From Vicinamibacterales bacterium (GTDB lineage: Bacteria > Acidobacteriota > Vicinamibacteria > Vicinamibacterales > UBA2999), in NCBI GenBank assembly GCA_050250645.1, contig JBFWOG010000006.1, forward strand, positions 34,387 to 98,386: DNA of 64,000 bases. The letters run 5' to 3'. Below are positions 32,941-41,317 of the stretch, piece by piece. The notes beneath the pieces are model-generated. The model had not been told where the DNA came from and made no database searches. It saw nothing but the letters and a program-made list of their open reading frames with translations. The stretch's first letter is position 1, and the number at the start of each line of letters is the position of its first letter. Made by a program: the position numbers and the translations under genes.

Positions 32941-34121
32941 TACCTGATGACGTCCAGGTACTTCAGCGCGCCGCCGGTGTTGAAGAGCACCACGGTCTCG
33001 TCGCGGCCGATCGTGCCGGCGGCGGCGAGCCTGGCGATGGCGCGCAGGGCGGCGCCGCCCTCGGGCGCGGCCGACACGCCCTCGCGGCTGCCGATTCTGA
33101 CCATGTCCTCGATCATCTCGTCGTCGGTGACGGCGATCGCGGTGCCGCCGCTCTCGCGGATGGCCTGCAGGATCAGGAAGTCGCCGATGGCGCGCGGCAC
33201 GCGGAGGCCGTCGGCGGCCGTCGACGCGTTCTCCCAGGGCGCGGCCTTTTCCGTGCCCTGCTCGTAGGCGCGGACGATGGGCGCGCAGCCGGCCGCCTGG
33301 ACCGACACCATCTTCGGCCGCCGGCCGGCGGGAATCCAGCCGATGGCCTCCATCTCGGCGAAGGCCTTCCACATGCCGACGAGCCCGGTGCCGCCGCCGG
33401 TGGGGTAGACGATCCAGTCGGGCAGCCGCCAGCCGAACTGCTCGGCGAGTTCGTACCCCATCGTCTTCTTGCCCTCGACGCGGTAGGGCTCCTTGAGGGT
33501 GGAGACGTCGTACCAGCCGAGGGGCTTGCCGCGCTCGGCGGCCATGCGGCCCGCGTCGGTGATGAGGCCGTCGACCAGCGTCACGTTGGCGCCGTAGAGG
33601 CGGCACTCGTCGACGAACGGCTGCTTGGCGTCCTTCGGGATGAAGACCTCGCAGGCGAGGCCGGCCGCGGCGGAGTAGGCGGCGGCGGCGTTGCCGGCGT
33701 TGCCCGCGGTGGGCAGGGCGATCGTCGTGGCGCCGAGGGCGCGCGCCCGCGTGATCGCGGCCGACTGGCCGCGGGCCTTGAAGGAGTTGGTCGGGTTGAG
33801 CGACTCGTCCTTGATGTAGAGCCGCGACAGCCCGATGGATGGGCCGAGCCGCGTGGCGTGGATGAGGGGCGTGAAGCCCTCACCGAGCGTCACCGGCTCG
33901 TCGCCGGGCAGGAGCGGCATCAGCTCCCGGTAGCGCCACATGTCCGGCGCCCGGCCGGCCAGTGACGCGCGGTCCCAGGCGCGGGCCGCGGCCAGGTCGT
34001 ACCGCGCCAGCAGCGGCAGCCCGCAGGCAGGGCAGAGGAAGTGCCGCTCGCGCGGATCGAACGGCCCCGCGCCACAGCCGGACGCACACTCGAGATGCGT
34101 GAAATAGCTCACGGTCACCAA
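32940..34121 (-). CDS. thrC: Threonine synthase
   Basis: N-terminal Cys-rich ribbon (CASGCG...CPACG), PLP motif NPTNSFKARG, full-length similarity, TTG/GTG start. Confidence 0.9.
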   Translation of the reverse strand: MVTVSYFTHLECASGCGAGPFDPRERHFLCPACGLPLLARYDLAAARAWDRASLAGRAPDMWRYRELMPLLPGDEPVTLGEGFTPLIHATRLGPSIGLSRLYIKDESLNPTNSFKARGQSAAITRARALGATTIALPTAGNAGNAAAAYSAAAGLACEVFIPKDAKQPFVDECRLYGANVTLVDGLITDAGRMAAERGKPLGWYDVSTLKEPYRVEGKKTMGYELAEQFGWRLPDWIVYPTGGGTGLVGMWKAFAEMEAIGWIPAGRRPKMVSVQAAGCAPIVRAYEQGTEKAAPWENASTAADGLRVPRAIGDFLILQAIRESGGTAIAVTDDEMIEDMVRIGSREGVSAAPEGGAALRAIARLAAAGTIGRDETVVLFNTGGALKYLDVIR

Positions 34122-34238
34122 CCGATCACCAGATAGGTCACGAGATAGATCACCAAATAGATCACCAGATCATCGATCCCGAGATCCCATCACGAGATCA
34201 CCAGATCACGAGATCACCAGATCACGAGATCACTAGAT
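34122..34238. repeat. GATC-rich repeat tract: 12 GATC sites, 6 of them with exact 8-bp period (34196-34239)
   Basis: Read directly. It fills the whole frr-thrC spacer. Read in the direction of transcription the unit is GATCTNGT, the same as at 1978-2012. Confidence 0.9.
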
Positions 34239-34808
34239 CTATTTGCCCAGTAGCTCCTCATCCTTCCGGTGCTGGAGCTCGTCGATCCCCTTCACGTGCT
34301 GGTCGGTGAGCTTCTGCACCTCGTCGAGGGCGCGCTTCTCATCGTCCTCGGAGATCGCGTGGTCCTTGAGCATCTTCTTGAGCTTGTCGTTCGCGTCGCG
34401 GCGGTCGTTGCGGACGTGGTTGCGGCCGTCCTCGGCGAGCTTGTGGACGTGGCGCGAGAGCTCCTTGCGGCGCTCGTCGGTGAGCATCGGGATGGGGATC
34501 CGGATGACCTTGCCGTCGTTCGAGGGGTTGAGGCCGAGGTCCGACGCGCGGATGGCCTTCTCGATGGCGGGCAGGGTGGTCGGGTCGAAGGGCGACGCGA
34601 CGATCAGCGAGGGCTCCGGGATCGAGAGGCTCGCCAGCTGGTTCAACGGCATCTTGGTGCCGTAGGCCTCGGCCACGATGCCGTCGAGCAGGGCGGTCGA
34701 CGCGCGCCCCGTGCGCACGCCAGCCATCTCCTTGCGGACGAACTCCACGTGGGCGTCCATGCGCTGGGCCACCTCGGCGAAGAGGGCCTTCAGATCGGAT
34801 ACGTCCAT
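34239..34808 (-). CDS. frr: Ribosome recycling factor
   Basis: MDVSDLKALFAEVAQRMDAHVEFVRKEMAGVRTGRAS...LNPSNDGKVIRIPIPMLTDERRKEL. Confidence 0.95.
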   Translation of the reverse strand: MDVSDLKALFAEVAQRMDAHVEFVRKEMAGVRTGRASTALLDGIVAEAYGTKMPLNQLASLSIPEPSLIVASPFDPTTLPAIEKAIRASDLGLNPSNDGKVIRIPIPMLTDERRKELSRHVHKLAEDGRNHVRNDRRDANDKLKKMLKDHAISEDDEKRALDEVQKLTDQHVKGIDELQHRKDEELLGK

Positions 34809-34831
34809 CTCACTGTCTCCCTGTGGCGATT

Positions 34832-35569
34832 CTAGGCGGTGACCGTCGTGCCGACGGCCTCGCCCATGACGACGTGCCGGATGTTGCCGGGCACCTTCAG
34901 GTTGAAGACGACGATGGGCAGCTTGTTGTCCATGCAGAGCGAGATCGCGGTCGCGTCCATCACCTGCAGGCGCTCCTGGAGGACCTGCAGGTACGAGACG
35001 TGCTCGTACCGGGTCGCGTCGGGGTGCGTCATGGGGTCGGCGGTGTAGATGCCGTCGACCTTGGTGCCCTTGAGGATGACCTCGGCCTTGATCTCCATCG
35101 CGCGGAGGGCCGCAGCCGTGTCGGTGGTGAAGTACGGGTTGCCCGTGCCGGCCGCGAAGACCACGACCCGCCCCTTCTCGAGGTGGCGGATGGCGCGGCG
35201 CCGGATGAACGGCTCGGCGACGGCGCGCATCTCGATCGCGGTGAGCACGCGCGTCGCGACGTTCTGCTGCTCGAGCGCGTCCTGCAGGGCGAGCGCGTTG
35301 ATCACCGTCGCCAGCATCCCCATGTAGTCGCCGGTCGCCCGGTCCATGCCGCGGGCGCTGGCCGCCAGGCCGCGGAAGATGTTGCCGCCGCCGATGACGA
35401 TGGCGGTCTGCACGCCGAGCGACTGGATCTCGGAGACGTCCTGGGCGATGCGCGCGGCGACGCCGGGGTCGATCCCGTAGCCCTGCTCGCCCATGAGCGC
35501 CTCGCCGGACAGCTTGAGGAGGATGCGTTTGTAGGTCGGGGTGGTCGAGGCGGGTGGGTCGGAGGGCAT
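34832..35569 (-). CDS. pyrH: UMP kinase
   Basis: [22 protein letters not shown]...[11 protein letters not shown]...[15 protein letters not shown]. Confidence 0.95.
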   Translation of the reverse strand: MPSDPPASTTPTYKRILLKLSGEALMGEQGYGIDPGVAARIAQDVSEIQSLGVQTAIVIGGGNIFRGLAASARGMDRATGDYMGMLATVINALALQDALEQQNVATRVLTAIEMRAVAEPFIRRRAIRHLEKGRVVVFAAGTGNPYFTTDTAAALRAMEIKAEVILKGTKVDGIYTADPMTHPDATRYEHVSYLQVLQERLQVMDATAISLCMDNKLPIVVFNLKVPGNIRHVVMGEAVGTTVTA

Positions 35570-35653
35570 GTGCAGGAATTATAACCGGGGCGGGGCGCCC
35601 CGGGCGCGGCGGGGGCGCCGGGGCGCTGCCAGCAGCGCCCCGGCCCCGGGCGG

Positions 35654-36256
35654 TTACTCGGCCAGCTCGCCGAGCTTGAAGCGGACGAACCGGGAGACGG
35701 TGATGTTCTCGCCGGTCTTCGCGGTCGCGCTGGCGACCATCGTGCCGATGGTCACGGCCTGGTCGCGGACCGACGGCTGGTCCATGAGGCAGACCTGCGC
35801 GTAGTAGCTCTCGAGCTTGCCCTCGACGATCTTGTCGATGACGTTGGCGGGCTTGTTCGATCCGGCGAACTGCGCGCGCGTGATGTCCTTCTCCTTCTCG
35901 AGCTCCTCGGCCGGCACGTCCTCGCGGCGGACGTACTTCGGGTCCGCGGCCGCGATGTGCATCGCGAGCTCGCGGGCGAGCGCCTGGAAGTCGTCGGTGC
36001 GCGCGACGAAGTCGGTTTCGCAGTTCACTTCCACGAGCACGCCGACCTTGCCGCCCATGTGGATGTAGTGACCGATGATGCCGTCCTTGGTGGCCCGGCC
36101 GGCGCGCTTGGCCGCCGAGGCGAGGCCCTTCTTGCGCAGCAGCTCGACCGCCTTGTCCATGTCGCCGCCGGACTCGGTCAGCGCCGCCTTGCAGTCCATC
36201 ATCCCTGCGCCCGTCTTGTCGCGCAGCTGCTTCACCTGTTCCGCCGTAATCGCCAT
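35654..36256 (-). CDS. tsf: Elongation factor Ts
   Basis: [44 protein letters not shown]. The start was set at this Met (the track ORF opens at 36280). Confidence 0.9.
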   Translation of the reverse strand: MAITAEQVKQLRDKTGAGMMDCKAALTESGGDMDKAVELLRKKGLASAAKRAGRATKDGIIGHYIHMGGKVGVLVEVNCETDFVARTDDFQALARELAMHIAAADPKYVRREDVPAEELEKEKDITRAQFAGSNKPANVIDKIVEGKLESYYAQVCLMDQPSVRDQAVTIGTMVASATAKTGENITVSRFVRFKLGELAE

Positions 36257-36348
36257 GTCGAAACTCCTGTCGCTGTACATGAGTAGCGCCGGCCAATGGT
36301 GCCCAGGCCGGCGCCTGAAAAAACCGCGGGGGCCGCGCCCCCGGCCCC

Positions 36349-37179
36349 TCAGGCCGGGGTAGCGGGGGCCTCGCTCGGGCGCTGCGGCTTGCGGACGTTC
36401 GCCGGCCGCACGGTGCGGTTGGCGTCCTCCGCCGCGGCGGCCTCGGCCTCGGACCGCTCCTGCTCGGCCATCGCCGACTCGCGCTCGTTGCGGCCGTCGA
36501 GGACGGCGTCGGCGACACGCGAGACGAAGAGGCGGATCGAGCGGAGGGCGTCGTCGTTGCCCGGGATCACGTAGTCGACCTCGTCGGGGTCACAGTTGGT
36601 GTCGACGATGCCGATGACGGGGATCTTGAGCTTGCGCGCCTCGTCGACCGCGATCTTCTCCTTGCGGGTGTCGATGACGAACAGCGCGTCGGGCAGCCGG
36701 CCCATGTTCCGGATGCCGTCGAGGTTCTTCTGGAGCTTGCGCTTCTCCTTCTCGGCGCGCGCAATCTCCTTCTTCGGCATGAACTCGTAGCGGCCGTCGG
36801 TGGCCATCGCCTCGAGGTCGCGGAGCCGCGCGATGCTGCGCTGGATGGTCGTGAAGTTGGTGAGCAACCCCCCGAGCCACCGCTCGTTGACGTAGAACAT
36901 GCCGCAGCGCGTGGCCTCCTCGGCAATCACGTCCTGCGCCTGCCGCTTCGTGCCGACGAAGAGCAGCGTGCGGCCGGACGCGGCCAGGTGGCGGACGTAG
37001 TCCTCGGCCGTCTTGAAGAGCTTCACCGTCTTCCCGAGGTTGACGATGTAGATCCCGCTGCGTTCCCCGAAGATGTAGGGCTTCATCTTGGGGTTCCAGC
37101 GCTTGGTCTGGTGGCCGAAGTGCACGCCTGCTTCGAGCAGGTCCTTCATCGCGAGCGGGGTCAAGCTACCTCCATCCAT
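36349..37179 (-). CDS. rpsB: 30S ribosomal protein S2
   Basis: [38 protein letters not shown]. The start is uncertain (37179 or 37149). It has a C-terminal acidic/Ala-rich tail. Confidence 0.9.
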   Translation of the reverse strand: MDGGSLTPLAMKDLLEAGVHFGHQTKRWNPKMKPYIFGERSGIYIVNLGKTVKLFKTAEDYVRHLAASGRTLLFVGTKRQAQDVIAEEATRCGMFYVNERWLGGLLTNFTTIQRSIARLRDLEAMATDGRYEFMPKKEIARAEKEKRKLQKNLDGIRNMGRLPDALFVIDTRKEKIAVDEARKLKIPVIGIVDTNCDPDEVDYVIPGNDDALRSIRLFVSRVADAVLDGRNERESAMAEQERSEAEAAAAEDANRTVRPANVRKPQRPSEAPATPA

Positions 37180-37183
37180 GGGC

Positions 37184-37576
37184 TTATCGCTTGCTGAACT
37201 GGAACCGTTTCCGGGCGCCGGCCAGGCCGTACTTCTTGCGTTCCTTCGCGCGCGCGTCGCGCGTCAGGAGGCCGTCCTTCTTGAGCCGGGGGCGCAGCTC
37301 GGCGTTGAAGTCGCAGAGCGCGCGCGAGATGCCCAGCCGGATCGCGCCGGCCTGGCCCGTGACCCCGCCGCCCGACACCGTGCACAGCACGTCGAACTTG
37401 TCCGCGGTCTCGGTCAGCTGCAGCGGCGTCGTGATCGTCAGCCGCAGCGACTCGGTGGGGAAGAAGTTGGCCACGTCCCGGCGGTTGACCGTGATCGTGC
37501 CCGTCCCGGGGCGGAGGAACACGCGAGCCGTGGCCTCCTTGCGCCGCCCAGTGGCGTAGTACTGAATCTGAGCCAA
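37184..37576 (-). CDS. rpsI: 30S ribosomal protein S9
   Basis: [25 protein letters not shown]...[19 protein letters not shown]...[22 protein letters not shown] start was inferred at 37576 (130 aa). Confidence 0.9.
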   Translation of the reverse strand: MAQIQYYATGRRKEATARVFLRPGTGTITVNRRDVANFFPTESLRLTITTPLQLTETADKFDVLCTVSGGGVTGQAGAIRLGISRALCDFNAELRPRLKKDGLLTRDARAKERKKYGLAGARKRFQFSKR

Positions 37577-37578
37577 GA

Positions 37579-38010
37579 TTACGCGACCTCGAACGAAGTG
37601 GGTTGCTGCGCCGCATGCGGATGATCCGGCCCCGCATACACCTTCAACTTGCGGTACATCGCGTCGCCGATCTTGTTCTTCGGCAGCATGCCCCGCACGG
37701 CTTCCTCGAGCAGGCGCACCGGCCGGCGCTGGCGAACCACCTTGGCGCGCTCCTCGCGCAAACCGCCGAGGTAGCCGCTGTGGCGGCGATACATCTTCTG
37801 CTCTTCCTTGCGGCCGGTCAGCTTGACCTTGTCCGCGTTGACGATGACGACGTGGTCGCCCGTGTCGATGAACGGGGTATAGGTCGCCTTGTGCTTGCCC
37901 ATGAGCAGCGCGGCCGCCCGGGTAGCAATACGGCCGAGGACCAGGTCCTGGGCGTCGATCACGTGCCACTGACGGACGATGCTCTGCGGGGTCGCGACGT
38001 AAGTGCGCAT
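37579..38010 (-). CDS. rplM: 50S ribosomal protein L13
   Basis: [62 protein letters not shown]. Confidence 0.95.
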   Translation of the reverse strand: MRTYVATPQSIVRQWHVIDAQDLVLGRIATRAAALLMGKHKATYTPFIDTGDHVVIVNADKVKLTGRKEEQKMYRRHSGYLGGLREERAKVVRQRRPVRLLEEAVRGMLPKNKIGDAMYRKLKVYAGPDHPHAAQQPTSFEVA

Positions 38011-38501
38011 CGAATGAGATCCCTTTCGCGCTCTCTCTAGAGACGGCAAACCCAAATGATACGAGCATTTCGGGCGTACGTCAATGGGGTGGGCCGGGCG
38101 CGGCGGGGGACGGGCGACCGGACGGGACCCTCATCATACCGGATCGCCACCGGAGAGCGGGACACCCGATCCCCGCAGCCCGGCGACTCCGCATATCCCG
38201 CGCGGCCGCCGTCCACCTCAGCCGCGCAGGTCCGCGCCGCGGGCGCCCGCCGGGTCCCGTCGTCCCACCCCTGTATCCATCCCGTCACCGACCGATAACC
38301 CATGCGGACCCCTTCGGTGGCCGGGCGCGGGCGAGTGCAGTTTTCGTCAACCGCTTGCAGATTCGTAATCGCCGCGGGCGCCGCGGCCGGCCGGGGATTC
38401 CAATCACGGCACTCTTTGGCCGATCTTGTCGCGCCAGAGTGCGCAGGTCCCCGCTGGTATCGCGTTTGCGGAGGGCCGGGACCTCGGGGAGGAGACCCAG
38501 C

Positions 38502-39563
38502 GTGCTGTTCCGCCGTCCCAAAAGCCTCGTCGGGCTCGACATCGGGTCGAGCGCGGTCAAGGCCATCGAGCTCAAGCCCGCGGGCAAGGGCTACCGCGTC
38601 GCGGCCATCGGCGTCGAGCCCGTGCCCGCCGACAGCATCGTGGACGGGGCCATCATCGACGCCGGCGCCGTGGCGGACGCGATCCGCCGCCTCTTCGAGC
38701 CGAAGGCCTTCCGCGGCAAGGACGTGGTGGCGTCCCTGTCGGGCAATTCCGTGATCGTCAAGAAGATCAGCCTGCCGGTCATGACCGAGCAGGAGCTCTC
38801 GGAGTCGATCTACTGGGAAGCCGAGCAGTACATCCCCTTCGACATCCAGGACGTCAACCTCGACTACGAGGTGCTCGACCCGGGCACGGGGCCGGAGGGG
38901 CAGGGCAGCATGGAGGTGCTGCTCGTGGCGGCCAAGAAGGACAAGATTGCCGACTACACCAGCGTCATCGCGCAGGCCGGCCGCAAGCCCGTGATCGTGG
39001 ACGTGGACGCCTTCGCCCTGCAGAACGCCTACGAGGCCAACTACGGCTTCGAGCCGGGCGCCGTCGTCGTGCTGCTCAACGCGGGGGCCAGCGCCATCAA
39101 CATCAACATCCTCGCCGGCGCCCAGTCGGTCTTCACCCGGGACGTGTCGATGGGCGGCAACGCCTTCACCGAGGCCGTCCAGCGCGAGCTCGGGCTGCCG
39201 TTCGACGCGGCCGAGCGCCTCAAGCAGGGCCAGGTCGTCGAGGGCGTCAGCTACGAGGACGCCCGGCCGGTCATCAAGGCGATGACCGACAACGTGCTGC
39301 TCGAGGTGGAGAAGACCTTCGACTTCTTCAAGGCCACCGCGGCCAGCGACCACATCGACCGGATCGTGCTGAGCGGAGGCGCCTCGCGCGTCGAGGGCTT
39401 CGCCGAGGCGCTGCGCGAGCGCTTCGACACCGCGGTCGAGCGCTTCGACCCGTTCCGGCAGGTGACATTCGACGACCGCAAGCTGGGGGCCTCGGCCGAG
39501 GAGCTGGCGCCGTTCGCGGCGGTGGCGGTCGGGCTGGCCCTGCGCCGGATGGGGGACCGATGA
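38502..39563 (+). CDS. pilM: Type IV pilus assembly protein PilM (actin-like ATPase fold)
   Basis: SLVGLDIGSSAVKAIELK...SVIVKKISLPVMTEQEL...VVLLNAGASAININIL. The GTG at 38502 is preceded by GGGGAGGAG. Confidence 0.85.
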   Translation: MLFRRPKSLVGLDIGSSAVKAIELKPAGKGYRVAAIGVEPVPADSIVDGAIIDAGAVADAIRRLFEPKAFRGKDVVASLSGNSVIVKKISLPVMTEQELSESIYWEAEQYIPFDIQDVNLDYEVLDPGTGPEGQGSMEVLLVAAKKDKIADYTSVIAQAGRKPVIVDVDAFALQNAYEANYGFEPGAVVVLLNAGASAININILAGAQSVFTRDVSMGGNAFTEAVQRELGLPFDAAERLKQGQVVEGVSYEDARPVIKAMTDNVLLEVEKTFDFFKATAASDHIDRIVLSGGASRVEGFAEALRERFDTAVERFDPFRQVTFDDRKLGASAEELAPFAAVAVGLALRRMGDR

Positions 39564-40195
39564 TCCGCATCAACCTGGTGGCGGCCGAGCGCCGCGCCGC
39601 CAAGGCGGCGGGCCGCTCCTTCCAGGTCGGCCAGAAGGCCACCGTGGTCGGCACGCTGATCCTGCTCGTGACCTTCGCCGGCGTCGGCTGGCGCTACTGG
39701 GCGGTGACCGGGGTCGAGGCCGGGCTGGACCGCGACATCGCCGCGGCCCGGCGCGAGGAGGGCCGCCTGGCCGAGATCCTCAAGCAGGTCCAGGCCTTCG
39801 AGGCGCAGCGGCAGCAGCTCGAGCAGCGCGTCGCGCTCATCGACGAGCTCCGGAAGGGCCAGAACGCGCCGGTGCACATCATCGACCAGGTCAGCCGCGC
39901 GCTGCCCGACATGATGTGGCTGACGACGGTGCGGCAGGACGGGTTCGACGTGACCATCGAGGGCCGGTGCCTGTCGCTGACCGAGCTGTCGGACTTCGTG
40001 GGCAACCTCGAGGCGTCCCGGTACTTCCAGCGGCCGGTCGAGATCCTCAACAGCGAAGTGATCGCCGGTTCGGACGGCGGCCCCGAGCTCATCCGCTTCT
40101 CGGTCAAGGGGACGTTCCAGATGGCCGGCGTCGAGGCGCCGCCGCCGCCGCAGACCGGCCGGCGGCCCGCCGCGCGGGGAGGGAAGCGTGGCTGA
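39560..40195 (+). CDS. pilN: Type IV pilus assembly protein PilN
   Basis: MIRINLVAAERR, then a single TM segment, a coiled coil, and LPDMMWLTTV...G.....LSDFVGNLEAS. ATGA overlap with pilM. Confidence 0.85.
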   Translation: MIRINLVAAERRAAKAAGRSFQVGQKATVVGTLILLVTFAGVGWRYWAVTGVEAGLDRDIAAARREEGRLAEILKQVQAFEAQRQQLEQRVALIDELRKGQNAPVHIIDQVSRALPDMMWLTTVRQDGFDVTIEGRCLSLTELSDFVGNLEASRYFQRPVEILNSEVIAGSDGGPELIRFSVKGTFQMAGVEAPPPPQTGRRPAARGGKRG

Positions 40196-40820
40196 CCTCT
40201 CGCTGAACCGCCTGCCCTGGTACGGCCAGCTGGCCGTCTTCGTGCTGCTGTCGATCGCGGGCGCGGGGGCGTTCTACTACTTCTGGGAGATGCCGCGCCA
40301 GGCGGCCATCGAGAGCAAGACGCGCGCGCTGGCGGACGTCCGGGCGCGGATCGACAAGGGGCTCGAGACCGCGCGCCAGCTCCCGGAGTTCCGCCAGCAG
40401 GTCGCCGGCCTCGAGGCGCGGCTCGAGGCGCTCCGGCCCATCCTGCCCGAGGAGAAGGACGTCGCGGACCTGCTCCGGCGCATCCAGACCCTGGCCACCC
40501 AGTCGAACCTGACGATCCGCGGCTTCCGGCCGCAGGCCATCAACACGAAGGAACTGCACGCCGAGTGGCCCATCGGGCTCGAGCTCGAGGGGACGTACCA
40601 CAACCTCGGGCTGTTCCTCGACCGCGTGAGCAAGTTCCCCCGGATCATCAACGTCAGCAACCTGGTGATCACCGCCAAGCCGGACCCCACGCCGGGGGCG
40701 ACGATCGACGTGACCTGCACGGCGACCACGTTCGTGCTGATCGAGCCGCCAGCCCCCGGGGCCGCGGCGCCGGCCGGGAAGGCGCCGGCGCGCCGGGCGC
40801 CGGCGAAGAGGAGCGAATGA
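40188..40820 (+). CDS. pilO: Type IV pilus assembly protein PilO
   Basis: A TM segment, then LPEEKDVADLLRRIQTLATQSNLTIRGF...GTYHNLGLFLDRVSKFPRIINVSNL. Confidence 0.85.
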   Translation: MADLSLNRLPWYGQLAVFVLLSIAGAGAFYYFWEMPRQAAIESKTRALADVRARIDKGLETARQLPEFRQQVAGLEARLEALRPILPEEKDVADLLRRIQTLATQSNLTIRGFRPQAINTKELHAEWPIGLELEGTYHNLGLFLDRVSKFPRIINVSNLVITAKPDPTPGATIDVTCTATTFVLIEPPAPGAAAPAGKAPARRAPAKRSE

Positions 40821-41317
40821 CGACACGCTGGATCCCCCTCGGCGTGATCGCGGTGGCGGCGCTCTCGGCCGCGCCCGCGGCCAGCGCGCAGACGCCGCAG
40901 GCGCCCGCGGCGGAGCAGCCGGCGACCCCGCCACCCGCGGGCCCGCCCAGTCCGCCGCCGAACTACACCTACACGCCGGACGGCCGGCGCGATCCCTTCG
41001 TGAGCCTGATGGATCGGGGCGTCTCGGACCGCCGCAGCACCGCCGGGGCGCGGCCCGCCGGTGTCGCCGGACTGCTCGTCGACGAGATCGTCGTGCGCGG
41101 CATCCTCCGCAGCCAGGACGGCTACGTCGCGATGATCGCCGGGCCGAACGGCAAGAGCTACACCGTGCGCCCGGGAGACCGGCTGATGGATGGTCGCATC
41201 CGGACCATCACGCCGGAGGCGCTCATCATCCTGCAGGAAGTCAACGACCCGCTGTCGCTCGAGAAGCAGCGCGAGGTGCGCAAGGCGCTCCGCGGCGGCG
41301 GGGAAGAGGTCAAGTGA
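40817..41317 (+). CDS. pilP: Type IV pilus assembly protein PilP
   Basis: Signal peptide, Pro-rich linker, then RRDPFVSL...LLVDEIVVRGIL...YVAMIAGPNGKSYTVRPGDRL. ATGA overlap with pilO. Confidence 0.8.
   Translation: MTTRWIPLGVIAVAALSAAPAASAQTPQAPAAEQPATPPPAGPPSPPPNYTYTPDGRRDPFVSLMDRGVSDRRSTAGARPAGVAGLLVDEIVVRGILRSQDGYVAMIAGPNGKSYTVRPGDRLMDGRIRTITPEALIILQEVNDPLSLEKQREVRKALRGGGEEVK

Noticed and set aside
32742-34238. CRISPR arrays at the two repeat-rich spacers (32742-32940 and 34122-34238).
   Set aside because: The units are 8 bp, or 19-27 bp, and directly abut one another with no unique spacers of CRISPR length. One locus is made of opposed inverted arrays. No cas genes are present in the window.
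38011-38501. A riboswitch, ncRNA or hidden small gene in the 490-bp divergent rplM/pilM spacer.
   Set aside because: I could not recognise any known riboswitch or leader consensus, nor a convincing ORF. The track ORFs here (38056-38298, 38084-38368, 38285-38587) are Arg/Pro-rich shadow frames. An RNA element cannot be excluded without covariance-model searches (Rfam/Infernal).
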